From the IMG/VR virus record IMGVR_UViG_3300021185_003028: a stretch of 64,000 nt of DNA. One strand, 5' to 3'. The translations under genes and the position numbers were made by a program. The notes under the pieces were generated by a model. The model was not told the origin of the DNA. It saw nothing but the letters and a program-made list of their open reading frames with translations, and made no database searches. Numbering within the stretch: the stretch's first letter is position 1; the number at the start of each line of letters is the position of its first letter. Source of the stretch: an uncultured virus (IMG/VR IMGVR_UViG_3300021185_003028). Lineage: Duplodnaviria; Heunggongvirae; Uroviricota; Caudoviricetes. Shown here piece after piece: positions 17,694 to 25,434 of the stretch.

Positions 17694-18581
17694 TCATTGA
17701 GATGACTTTTCGACTGCTTTCCAAAATCGTTCTTGGGATGGATTCTCCAATCTGAATGGTTTGCAGGCTCGGCTCTTTTTGATGTGAGCAAAGTGTCGGC
17801 TTTCAATTTCACCCTTGACTGTGCGCTGTTGCTGAGTCATCTCGACTATCCAGTCGAATAGGGGGTCGGTCATGTCAGGACGACCTGCGGCGAGCACCAC
17901 ACGGTTCTCGTTGGGTGTGCCGTAGTTCTCGGTCTTGGTCTTGAGAAGCACCGTACTGAGGAAGTGATAGTTATACATCTCGCCACCAATTTTCAATCGC
18001 TCATACGGCGAGTAGAACAATTTGTTGATGACTTTGTAGGCGTGCATTTGACCCTCAGCATAGGCAGGCAATGTTTTCTTGCCCTGTGAGATAGCCTCCT
18101 GTTGCCGTGAGAGCAAGAGTTCGCCCTCGGTCTTACCATGTACGCTGACGGAGTAATGCTCACGGCAGGACAGGTAATACGCACCTTCGTTCTCCATGAC
18201 CATGACTCGCACACCGTCAGGATATTCCTCTTGGTGTTGGCGCATCAGGTCGATGAAAGCGAGTGAAATATCATTCACTTCGTCGGGTGTTCGGCATACC
18301 TTTCGTAGGATGCGAGAGCGGAGATTGGGTGTGACGATTTCATCACGAGCAATCAAGTCGGCTTGGCCTTCAAGGTCACAGTCGATGATGCACATGAGAG
18401 CCTCTTCGGGCTTCAAATCCTTAGCGTGGTGAGAGAAGAAAGTCAAGCCCCATGTGGACTTGCCTGCTCCGCTGAAACCCTGTAACTTGATGTGTCGGGG
18501 TCTGTTCTTAATCATCGAGTCGCCTGTGTCGCATGATGCGATTAGGTCTGCGTATGCCTGTGCCTTCTTCTTGCGTGCCAT
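17694..18581 (-). CDS. RecA-superfamily/Sak4-like P-loop ATPase (recombination)
   Basis: Walker A GFSGAGKST, IIDCD; next to exonuclease and SSB genes. Confidence 0.7.
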   Translation of the reverse strand: MARKKKAQAYADLIASCDTGDSMIKNRPRHIKLQGFSGAGKSTWGLTFFSHHAKDLKPEEALMCIIDCDLEGQADLIARDEIVTPNLRSRILRKVCRTPDEVNDISLAFIDLMRQHQEEYPDGVRVMVMENEGAYYLSCREHYSVSVHGKTEGELLLSRQQEAISQGKKTLPAYAEGQMHAYKVINKLFYSPYERLKIGGEMYNYHFLSTVLLKTKTENYGTPNENRVVLAAGRPDMTDPLFDWIVEMTQQQRTVKGEIESRHFAHIKKSRACKPFRLENPSQERFWKAVEKSSQ

Positions 18582-18615
18582 GAGGTGAATTAGCACACCC
18601 ACCTATATGAAGGGT

Positions 18616-18801
18616 TCATTCAGAGCGTCGGGCTTTATCAATGCTGAGAGTCCGTGCTCTTATGAGCATGGCGACGGCTTTGTTCTTCTCAGCAATCTGA
18701 GTGTTAAGTTCTTCAATCTCGGCCTCTAATGCGTCGATTCGTTGAGTCATGTGTTGTCGTCGTCGGGTCTCTTCGACCCATTTGTGTATGTCTTTAGGCA
18801 T
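18616..18801 (-). CDS. Small coiled-coil protein
   Basis: Own TTATATAGG promoter. Confidence 0.65.
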   Translation of the reverse strand: MPKDIHKWVEETRRRQHMTQRIDALEAEIEELNTQIAEKNKAVAMLIRARTLSIDKARRSE

Positions 18802-18848
18802 GTTTTATCCTATGGGTCACACCTATATAAGCGTTGTGTCTAAAGGTG

Positions 18849-18988
18849 GCGGGTCGGGGAATAACCCCAAACCCCGACCCCCCATGAGTAGGAGGGCGAG
18901 TGCAGGCGAAAGAAACGCACAGAGAGCCGAAAAAAGTGGAAAGCAACCTGTGATGGTGAAAACCTACACTCACCCATGAGTGTCAGGG
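18849..18988 (-). terminator. Structured 3' region/terminator downstream of SSB gene
   Basis: - strand hairpins ACACTCA-TGGG-TGAGTGT (followed by TTTT) and GGGTCGGGG...CCCCGACCC, with a T6 run between them. Confidence 0.45.
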
Positions 18989-18997
18989 AATTGAGAT

Positions 18998-20137
18998 TCA
19001 ATCCCAATCGTCGTCCCATTCTTCGTCGTCGCCTTCGGCAGTCCAACCTTCTTCACCCTCTTTGGGTGCTTCGGCCTTCGTGTCCTTCTTGGACGGCGCA
19101 GGAGCGTCTTCAACGGTCTCTTCAACGGTCTCTTCGACGGTCTCCTCGGAGGAGTCGTCATCGAGGTCGATTGTCTCGACATTGGTGTTGAAGTAGTCCG
19201 ATGCGTTGTCCTCAGAGTCGTCACCTGACTTTGGTGCTTCGACTCGTGGAGGAGCAATGACAACGACTCCGACAGCGGATTCGATTGTAGCCGATAGCCC
19301 GTATTGGTCGGACATTGAAGTGGTCACGAGGGCCAAGACTTCGCTGTACTTGCCGAAGCGGTTGGCGGTGTCCGTGTCACAGAGAGCGTTGAGCATCAAG
19401 CCTTCGCCTGATTCAATCGCTTCAAGTGTCATGGTGGATTCGTCCTTGAGCAACATTTTGCCGAAGGAGTTCCCTGTCTTGGACTGTTGAACACCTGCAT
19501 AGGACACAGTCGCTTCAACCAAGCGATAGTCGCTACGGTTGCGTGAAATGTCGTCCTCCAATTGAGCAATTGGTGTCACATCGTAGGTTTCACGAAGTAG
19601 TTCGGCACGGTCGCCGTGCTCGTGTTCTTCTTCGGTGAAAATCGTCATTCCTGAGAGAGGGCGAAGGTCAAGAATCTCACGGTCGAGGTTCTTGCATGAG
19701 ATGGATGCAACATATTGCAGTCCACCACTGAGGTCGTCAGCGAGAGAAGCGTCTTCGTCCCATAGGGACATTTTGAAGAGTGCCGCATCCATAGTCGAGT
19801 CACCGTCTTCAACGACGACTTGGCCGAACACATTAGCCATAGCACGGCCTGTGCGGGTCATTCGTGAATCAACAGACCAAATGTCAAGGTGAGCCATGTA
19901 CGACTTCTGTCGTAGCATTGCGGATAGGTCGGTGAGTACGCAGTTAGCAACGAATCGCTGTGCGTTCGCATTCTTCATGCCGCCGAGTTCTGTGACGGTT
20001 TCTTTGAGTTCTTGCGCTTTTCTTCGGTACAGTGCCACCACAGGTTGCTCATCTGAAAAGATTCCATTTTGGATTCCTTTGTCGATGAAAGGTTGTAGTC
20101 TGCTCTGCACGCTCTTCGGTAGGGTCTTTGATGCCAT
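18998..20137 (-). CDS. RPA-like OB-fold ssDNA-binding protein with acidic tail
   Basis: OB-fold-like KMSLWDEDA and MLLKDES; tail EETVEETVEETV...EWDDDWD. Confidence 0.65.
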   Translation of the reverse strand: MASKTLPKSVQSRLQPFIDKGIQNGIFSDEQPVVALYRRKAQELKETVTELGGMKNANAQRFVANCVLTDLSAMLRQKSYMAHLDIWSVDSRMTRTGRAMANVFGQVVVEDGDSTMDAALFKMSLWDEDASLADDLSGGLQYVASISCKNLDREILDLRPLSGMTIFTEEEHEHGDRAELLRETYDVTPIAQLEDDISRNRSDYRLVEATVSYAGVQQSKTGNSFGKMLLKDESTMTLEAIESGEGLMLNALCDTDTANRFGKYSEVLALVTTSMSDQYGLSATIESAVGVVVIAPPRVEAPKSGDDSEDNASDYFNTNVETIDLDDDSSEETVEETVEETVEDAPAPSKKDTKAEAPKEGEEGWTAEGDDEEWDDDWD

Positions 20138-20193
20138 AATTGGTGTCTCCTGTAATTTTCCCAAGTCTCCCCCACCTATATGAAAGAAACAGT

Positions 20194-22200
20194 TCAAACC
20201 CCACTTTCAGGGTCGTCTGAGATGCGGTTTAACTGTGCCTCCATCATGGCTTCCCATAGGTCGTCGTCGCCCAATTCGCCTGACTGCGAGGCTGTCTTGA
20301 TTGCTTCTTTGACTTCACGGCGTTCAGCCAATGCGTCTGTCGCCGAGTGCTTGGACGAGAACCAAGCGTCACCCTTGAACAGAGACTTGCGGTGCTTAGA
20401 ATCCTTGCCGACGATGTCCCAAAGGAGAGTTCCTTTGCCCGAAGGTCGGAGGTACGATGGCAAAAATAGCGAACGCCAAACATTCGACTGTTCCTTCGTC
20501 TTGCATCCTATCGAGCGTAGTAGGTTGCTGTCTTCACCCTTGAGGGGGAATGCGGACAAAGCGGCTTCGGCTTTTGAAATCACATCGTCGAACTCGACTG
20601 CGAGAGATGGTAGATTGTTGGAAGCCGCTTCGATAAACAGTGGTGCGAGAGCGTAGTCGTCCATCAACCCCTCACGGGACTTGACCAATTTGTAGGACTT
20701 CTTGCCGCCACCACGACCGCCACCACGACGACCGACCTCAATCAGACCTGCGTCTTCAAGGGTTGGCAAGTGCTTCTCCTTGAGTGCGTTCTTGCTGATG
20801 GTGAATGCGTGCAGTCCGAGCCATTGTAGAATGTTGTCCTCCGTTAGTGGACGCTTGGCCTCTGACATGGCGTTCATCTGTTGGTACACCGTCCATGAGT
20901 CGTCAGGGACACCCGACAGGCTCGCTCTCAAGACCAAGTCACAGAGAAGTAGGCCGATGACATTGTCCTCGATTGAGGATAGCAGGAACTCATTGCCATG
21001 AGCGTCTTTTTGAACGACTCGTTGGTTCTGATGCAAGAGCGTCACGGCGTCGATAATCGACAGCACCTTGCCAATGTCACGCTGATGTTGAGCGTTGCGA
21101 GCAGGGAAAAAATCAACCATGAGTGGAGCGAATATGTTGCGGACACGGTATCGCTTCAAAGACAGCATGGCGGCTTGGAGCATTTTCAGGTCAGGGTGGA
21201 CTGTGAATTGTTCGGGTCGAGCCTTAGCGAGCAAGGTGTTCTTGACCACAGAATTGACCTTCTCGACTGTGGTGTCGGGTGTCATAATCAATTGACGGGT
21301 GATTTGCTCTTGCTCGTTTGGATTGCGAGTCGTCAAAGTGATGAATGATGGTCGTCCCCTGATGATGAAGTCTCGTGTCTCTATCTCGCCCGATAACTCG
21401 TTCTTGATGGGCGTTTTCCAAACAAGTTCGTCATCGTCCCCCGACATAATCGGTTTCATTTTCTTGATGAACGCATAGGATTCGTCCTTCTCCAAGACGA
21501 CGATGCAACGGCCATCGACATTCACGATGAAATTGCCGTCCTCATCGACCTCGTCATAGTCGTACTTGAGAGCCTCTTTTGAAGCACCTGCAAGCACCAT
21601 AATCATGCTCTTAGGGAAGCCGTTGCGGGCCGTTAGCGTCATGTATGTCTTGCCGCTCGCTGACTGCCCAATCATCTCAAGGTTGAGCGGATTGTCGGTC
21701 TTACAGGACAGGAATACGAGGAATGTGAGGAGTAGGTTTGCATCGTCGCCGACGAACGGAGTCTCACGGCTCTCGTGGAGAATCCTGTTAATTTTATCGA
21801 CCAAGTGACGCTGTCCCAAGAACTCCTTGATTGACTTTTCTTCAATCTCTCCGTAGGTTGATGTTTCACCCAACAGGGCATCAATCTCGGCGTCTTTCTT
21901 ATCCTCGATGGTCGCTACGACATAAGTCCCTTCACGGAGGATGACACCTGCTTTCAGGAAGGTTTGCTTGAACTCTTCAATCTCGTCCTTATCGTCACAG
22001 ACTGCCTTAGCCATGCGGGCTATGCTGTGCTGTGAGAGAACATTGACCTTGCCCATTGGCTCTCCACCAATGTCAGCCGAGAACTCCATGCGTCCCTTAG
22101 TCGAAGACAAAAAGGTGAGACGGACAGCCATTTCATTTATTTGAAACAGAAAATCCGAGGAGGATTCTGTCGATTGGTGTACTTGGAAGTCGGGGTTCAT
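20194..22200 (-). CDS. AAA+ P-loop ATPase, putative replicative helicase (divergent MCM-like) with C-terminal wHTH
   Basis: Walker A GQSASGKT, GRPSFITLTT sensor, EQITR, QHQRD; wHTH LPTLEDAGLIEV; replication-class promoter. Confidence 0.6.
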   Translation of the reverse strand: MNPDFQVHQSTESSSDFLFQINEMAVRLTFLSSTKGRMEFSADIGGEPMGKVNVLSQHSIARMAKAVCDDKDEIEEFKQTFLKAGVILREGTYVVATIEDKKDAEIDALLGETSTYGEIEEKSIKEFLGQRHLVDKINRILHESRETPFVGDDANLLLTFLVFLSCKTDNPLNLEMIGQSASGKTYMTLTARNGFPKSMIMVLAGASKEALKYDYDEVDEDGNFIVNVDGRCIVVLEKDESYAFIKKMKPIMSGDDDELVWKTPIKNELSGEIETRDFIIRGRPSFITLTTRNPNEQEQITRQLIMTPDTTVEKVNSVVKNTLLAKARPEQFTVHPDLKMLQAAMLSLKRYRVRNIFAPLMVDFFPARNAQHQRDIGKVLSIIDAVTLLHQNQRVVQKDAHGNEFLLSSIEDNVIGLLLCDLVLRASLSGVPDDSWTVYQQMNAMSEAKRPLTEDNILQWLGLHAFTISKNALKEKHLPTLEDAGLIEVGRRGGGRGGGKKSYKLVKSREGLMDDYALAPLFIEAASNNLPSLAVEFDDVISKAEAALSAFPLKGEDSNLLRSIGCKTKEQSNVWRSLFLPSYLRPSGKGTLLWDIVGKDSKHRKSLFKGDAWFSSKHSATDALAERREVKEAIKTASQSGELGDDDLWEAMMEAQLNRISDDPESGV

Positions 22201-22239
22201 GCCTCTCACCACGATGCACCCACCTTCTTAACCATCTCG

Positions 22240-22400
22240 TTTAATTCGATACTTTACCTTCCCTACATTATACACACACACAATAACTAACATATATGTC
22301 TGTAAGACCCTAAGTCAGGGTCAATCGAAACCCATAACCCCCCGTAGGGGGGTTAAAGATTCGGACGATTCGGACAAATCGAAGGTGAAGGACTCGAAAA
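22240..22400. other. Candidate replication origin
   Basis: Non-coding; AT-rich tract with palindrome ACATATATGT (22290-99), GACCCT/AGGGTC, perfect TAACCCCCC-GTA-GGGGGGTTA (22335-55), tandem GATTCGGAC x2; just upstream of the helicase gene. Confidence 0.4.
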
Positions 22401-22420
22401 CCTATCGGTGTTCCAAACCT

Positions 22421-22639
22421 TCATGCGTTGTTTTTGCGAAAAGCCCCAATCATTCTTGCGAAGAATCCTTTGGGTTCGGGCGTTGGTTCATCAAAGTCAT
22501 AACGCTCAACCATACCACCGCATGAACATTGGTCTCCGAACATCGGTCTGATGTTTCCATCTGTGTTATTCTTGATGTATTGGTCTGTGAAGTTCCAACC
22601 GCATCGGGCGCAGGCTATCATGAATCTGTGTTCCGTCAT
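22421..22639 (-). CDS. Small zinc-ribbon protein
   Basis: CARC...CSCG; own promoter. Confidence 0.7.
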   Translation of the reverse strand: MTEHRFMIACARCGWNFTDQYIKNNTDGNIRPMFGDQCSCGGMVERYDFDEPTPEPKGFFARMIGAFRKNNA

Positions 22640-22691
22640 GTTTAATCGTAGGGGTATCACCCATATAAAGGTTTTGATTGCCGATAATATC

Positions 22692-22892
22692 AAAGGAGAT
22701 TGAGAGGGCCGCAGTGCCTATGTTTTAGTCGGGTGCGACCCTCTCGGATTGAGTAAGGTGCGGTGCTCTCCTCTGCGGTTTGGCTATTTGCCTATTCCGT
22801 TGCGTTGCACTTTACTCACCGTATATACGGGGTTGCCCCCGCATTCGACGCTATGGTTAGCGTTGGTGGGCCTTCCACCCACACGGCCTTGT
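22692..22892 (-). ncRNA. Putative ~200 nt structured non-coding RNA
   Basis: Intact promoter with ACAAGG instead of ATG at the predicted start; hairpins include AUGCGGGG-GCAA-CCCCGUAU (GNRA loop, G-U pair) and GAGAGGGUCGCA/UGCGGCCCUCUC. Confidence 0.55.
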
Positions 22893-22971
22893 ATTCTATC
22901 GTAGGGGTGTCACCCATATAAAGGTTTTGGTTGCCGATAGTATTATATAGGGGAGACCCATAGGACTAATC

Positions 22972-23080
22972 AGAGCGAATTGGGGCAATGTCCCCCCTTC
23001 GTTCTTCAATGCGGCAGTCCAATAAACGGCATGATTCGATACTTCGGTATCACGCAGGGGAGTCGTGAAGCCCCTGCACT
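22972..23080 (+). ncRNA. Putative ~110 nt structured non-coding RNA
   Basis: Intact TTATATAGG promoter with no ATG at the start; AGAGCGAA/UUCGUUCU stem, GAUAC-UUCG-GUAUC tetraloop, GCAGGGG/CCCCUGC terminal stem. Confidence 0.55.
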
Positions 23081-23137
23081 CACATAAAGGTTTGAATTGC
23101 CGATAGTATTATATAGGGGTGGCCCATAGGGTAAAAC

Positions 23138-23383
23138 ATGCGCCAAGACACAGCAACCCGCCGCCTAACCAAAAGAGCAAACGACTTCTTAGGAATGTCA
23201 TTCGGTCAATACATTTTAGAGTTCAGTAAAATAATCGAATTGCCAAACGGTGAACCTCACCTGACATTGAATGACAACGCCACTATGCAAAAAGCATTCT
23301 ATGTATGGGTCTCAATTAACGACCGAGAAGCGAAGTTATTGGCTTACCTCGATGACAAAGCGGCTCGTCAGATGGATAACTGA
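23138..23383 (+). CDS. Hypothetical protein; the only credible + strand CDS
   Basis: ATG directly follows TTATATAGGGGTGGCCCATAGG promoter. Confidence 0.7.
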   Translation: MRQDTATRRLTKRANDFLGMSFGQYILEFSKIIELPNGEPHLTLNDNATMQKAFYVWVSINDREAKLLAYLDDKAARQMDN

Positions 23384-25182
23384 TTGGCGAATCGAAGTGT
23401 TGATGCCAAGTCCGCTGATAAGCGGCCGACCTCAAGCGTCATGAACGATGTTTCAGGTGTCATCTCCCAAGAGACAGCGAACAGTCGGTGACGGCCTGCA
23501 ATCCCTTGAGATGATGCAAAGTCCATGACTTCACCTGCTCGCATATCAAACCGCTCAGGCAAACCTTCGACGGTGTATTGCTCCCTTGTTCGACCGACAT
23601 TGGATAACTGCAATCGAGCAAATGTCTCCGCTTGCGTGTCATTCTGTATCGTTGAATCGTGTACCACTCGATGCACTGGTCGCTGTGGAAAGTTCGGAGA
23701 ATCGGCGGTTGGGTACATGTACGATACATTTGCTTTATCGTTCTTGACGATGACCACATTGAAGTTCGTCAAATCACCTTTAGTCTTCTCGATATTGGTC
23801 GCATAGAAGTCTTGCGGTACAGCGGTTCTCGGCAGTCGTCCACCCACGAAGGGGGTCATCGAAGCGTCATCCACTTCGGGCAGTTCCCGAAGGTGAATGT
23901 AGCCCTGTCCGTCGGCATAAATCGTCATCGGCTTTGGTGCTACATTGATGAATCCGAGGACGACTTGAATTGCCTCCAATCTCGTCTTGCCCACGAGCGA
24001 AGTTCCCGACGGGATGGATACATTGCTCAGGGTACTAATGCGGCCGATAGGAGGGGCGTAGGCCGACCCGCCTATGATTTGCTTAATCATGGCCGCCGCA
24101 TCACCCTTTGCTATCGAGGTGTCGGTGACTATGGTTTCATTCGTCAAGAATCCGAGTGCATCGAGGCATGTGATTCTGATTGTCCTCGCTCCTTCTTCTA
24201 TGTCTGAAATGTACCCTGTGAAAATCAACGGAGGATTTGCCCAACCCCTCGGAGTCGCATACGCTTGAATCGTGTCCCCGACTTTGAACATGCCTGCACG
24301 CCTGCCTGCGATTGAGGATATTGACACCGATAGGCTACGGGGTGAATTGAGACGGTGTTCAGAAGCAATCGAGGTTATCCCTTGAATCGGCAACGACCCG
24401 TTGAGAACCACAGTCGGTGCTTGGGGTGTTGCTTCATCCACAGACATTGGCCCGTACACATTCCTGAACATCACCTGTCTCGACCTGACGAAGAACGCCT
24501 TATGCTTCCAACCGTTGCGTAGGCCCGTCAGGCGCATGCGTTTGGGCCTGTTGGTATATTGGAGACCTTCGGGGTTAAAACCGCCGTCAGAGAAGCCCAA
24601 TTTGCCCAAATCGAAGGTCGGAGATGGCAGGATGGTCTGTGGATAATTGCCTTCGGTCGGCCCTGTGGTGAATGAGAATCCACCACGACCGCCACCGCCT
24701 CGGCGATTGACTATGTCGTATTTGTCGGGGAACGGAGATTTGCCGTGATAGTGGTAGCCGAATCCAACCGAGTTCGTTGTCATGTCACCGTGCAAGTGAG
24801 GGTCGAAAGGTCTCGGCGTCGATAGGCTCGTGTAGCAAGTCGTGACCGTCTTATCCAATTTCCATTGTCCGCCGAGTTCGTTTGGAAACGGGATTAGGCC
24901 GAGACCAAAGTCAGGAGGAAAGTGAACGGGTCGCTCCATCAATTCCTTTTCGTCGGCAGTGGCCTGCAACGCTTCGGGAACATCAATGCCTCGGCGTATC
25001 GACTCCTTGCGAGTCTCAGCCCATGTCGTAGCAACCCATCGTGCCACAGCCGTTCTTGGCCGTCGTGGGTCTTGCCCCAATCGTTCAGCCTCGTCAAGGA
25101 GAACCTTCGGTGGCGTGATAATCATGGGGTCATCAGACGGAGCACGGACGATACGAGAGTACCGCTCTGCCTCCTCACTCAT
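23368..25182 (-). CDS. Tail tip/baseplate hub-like protein
   Basis: IFTGYISDIEE..IRITCLDALGFL, IYADGQGYIHL, MRAGEVMDF hub motifs; structural-class promoter. Confidence 0.65.
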   Translation of the reverse strand: MSEEAERYSRIVRAPSDDPMIITPPKVLLDEAERLGQDPRRPRTAVARWVATTWAETRKESIRRGIDVPEALQATADEKELMERPVHFPPDFGLGLIPFPNELGGQWKLDKTVTTCYTSLSTPRPFDPHLHGDMTTNSVGFGYHYHGKSPFPDKYDIVNRRGGGGRGGFSFTTGPTEGNYPQTILPSPTFDLGKLGFSDGGFNPEGLQYTNRPKRMRLTGLRNGWKHKAFFVRSRQVMFRNVYGPMSVDEATPQAPTVVLNGSLPIQGITSIASEHRLNSPRSLSVSISSIAGRRAGMFKVGDTIQAYATPRGWANPPLIFTGYISDIEEGARTIRITCLDALGFLTNETIVTDTSIAKGDAAAMIKQIIGGSAYAPPIGRISTLSNVSIPSGTSLVGKTRLEAIQVVLGFINVAPKPMTIYADGQGYIHLRELPEVDDASMTPFVGGRLPRTAVPQDFYATNIEKTKGDLTNFNVVIVKNDKANVSYMYPTADSPNFPQRPVHRVVHDSTIQNDTQAETFARLQLSNVGRTREQYTVEGLPERFDMRAGEVMDFASSQGIAGRHRLFAVSWEMTPETSFMTLEVGRLSADLASTLRFANQLSI

Positions 25183-25204
25183 GGCCTAAAGAGGCCGTAT
25201 GCGG

Positions 25205-25396
25205 TTATTGAAGGTCGGGTCGCTTATGTTCGATGAGAGGTGCGTATGGGCCAATCCCCTGAGCAACAGCGAGAGCGTTGTCAGCAGGTTCGATAGTGGA
25301 GTTCGTCAGAACCAACGCCTCGACTACTTTTCGTAGTAAGGGTGTCTGTCGTAGGTCAAGTTCGATTGAGTCGCCTGTGTCTTTTATGTTGCTCAT
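25205..25396 (-). CDS. Small hypothetical protein
   Basis: Own TTATATAGG promoter. Confidence 0.65.
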   Translation of the reverse strand: MSNIKDTGDSIELDLRQTPLLRKVVEALVLTNSTIEPADNALAVAQGIGPYAPLIEHKRPDLQ

Positions 25397-25434
25397 ATTA
25401 TGTCCTATGGGTCACACCTATATAACACTGTCGT

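Larger units (their letters stand above)
22645..23130. repeat. Three copies of a 26-nt bidirectional promoter core ATAAAGGTTT(T/G)(G/A)(A/G)TTGCCGATA(A/G)TAT
   Basis: Copies at 22665-22690, 22918-22943 and 23084-23109; copies 1 and 2 match over 46 nt with 3 mismatches (22645-90 vs 22898-943). Confidence 0.9.

Noticed and set aside
18840..19046. 68 aa ORF downstream of SSB
   Set aside because: It overlaps hairpins and T runs and has atypical composition, so it is more likely a structured 3' region, although its stop is also 9 nt before the next promoter.
22692..23080. tRNA or known self-cleaving ribozyme (hammerhead, twister, HDV-like)
   Set aside because: No cloverleaf or T-loop and no CUGANGA/GAAA core. 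The twister-like AAUGCGGC..GUCC lacks the pairing partner needed for the pseudoknot.
22645..23130. CRISPR or mini-CRISPR array
   Set aside because: The repeats are promoter elements, the intervals are 140-230 nt and unequal, and there is no cas operon.
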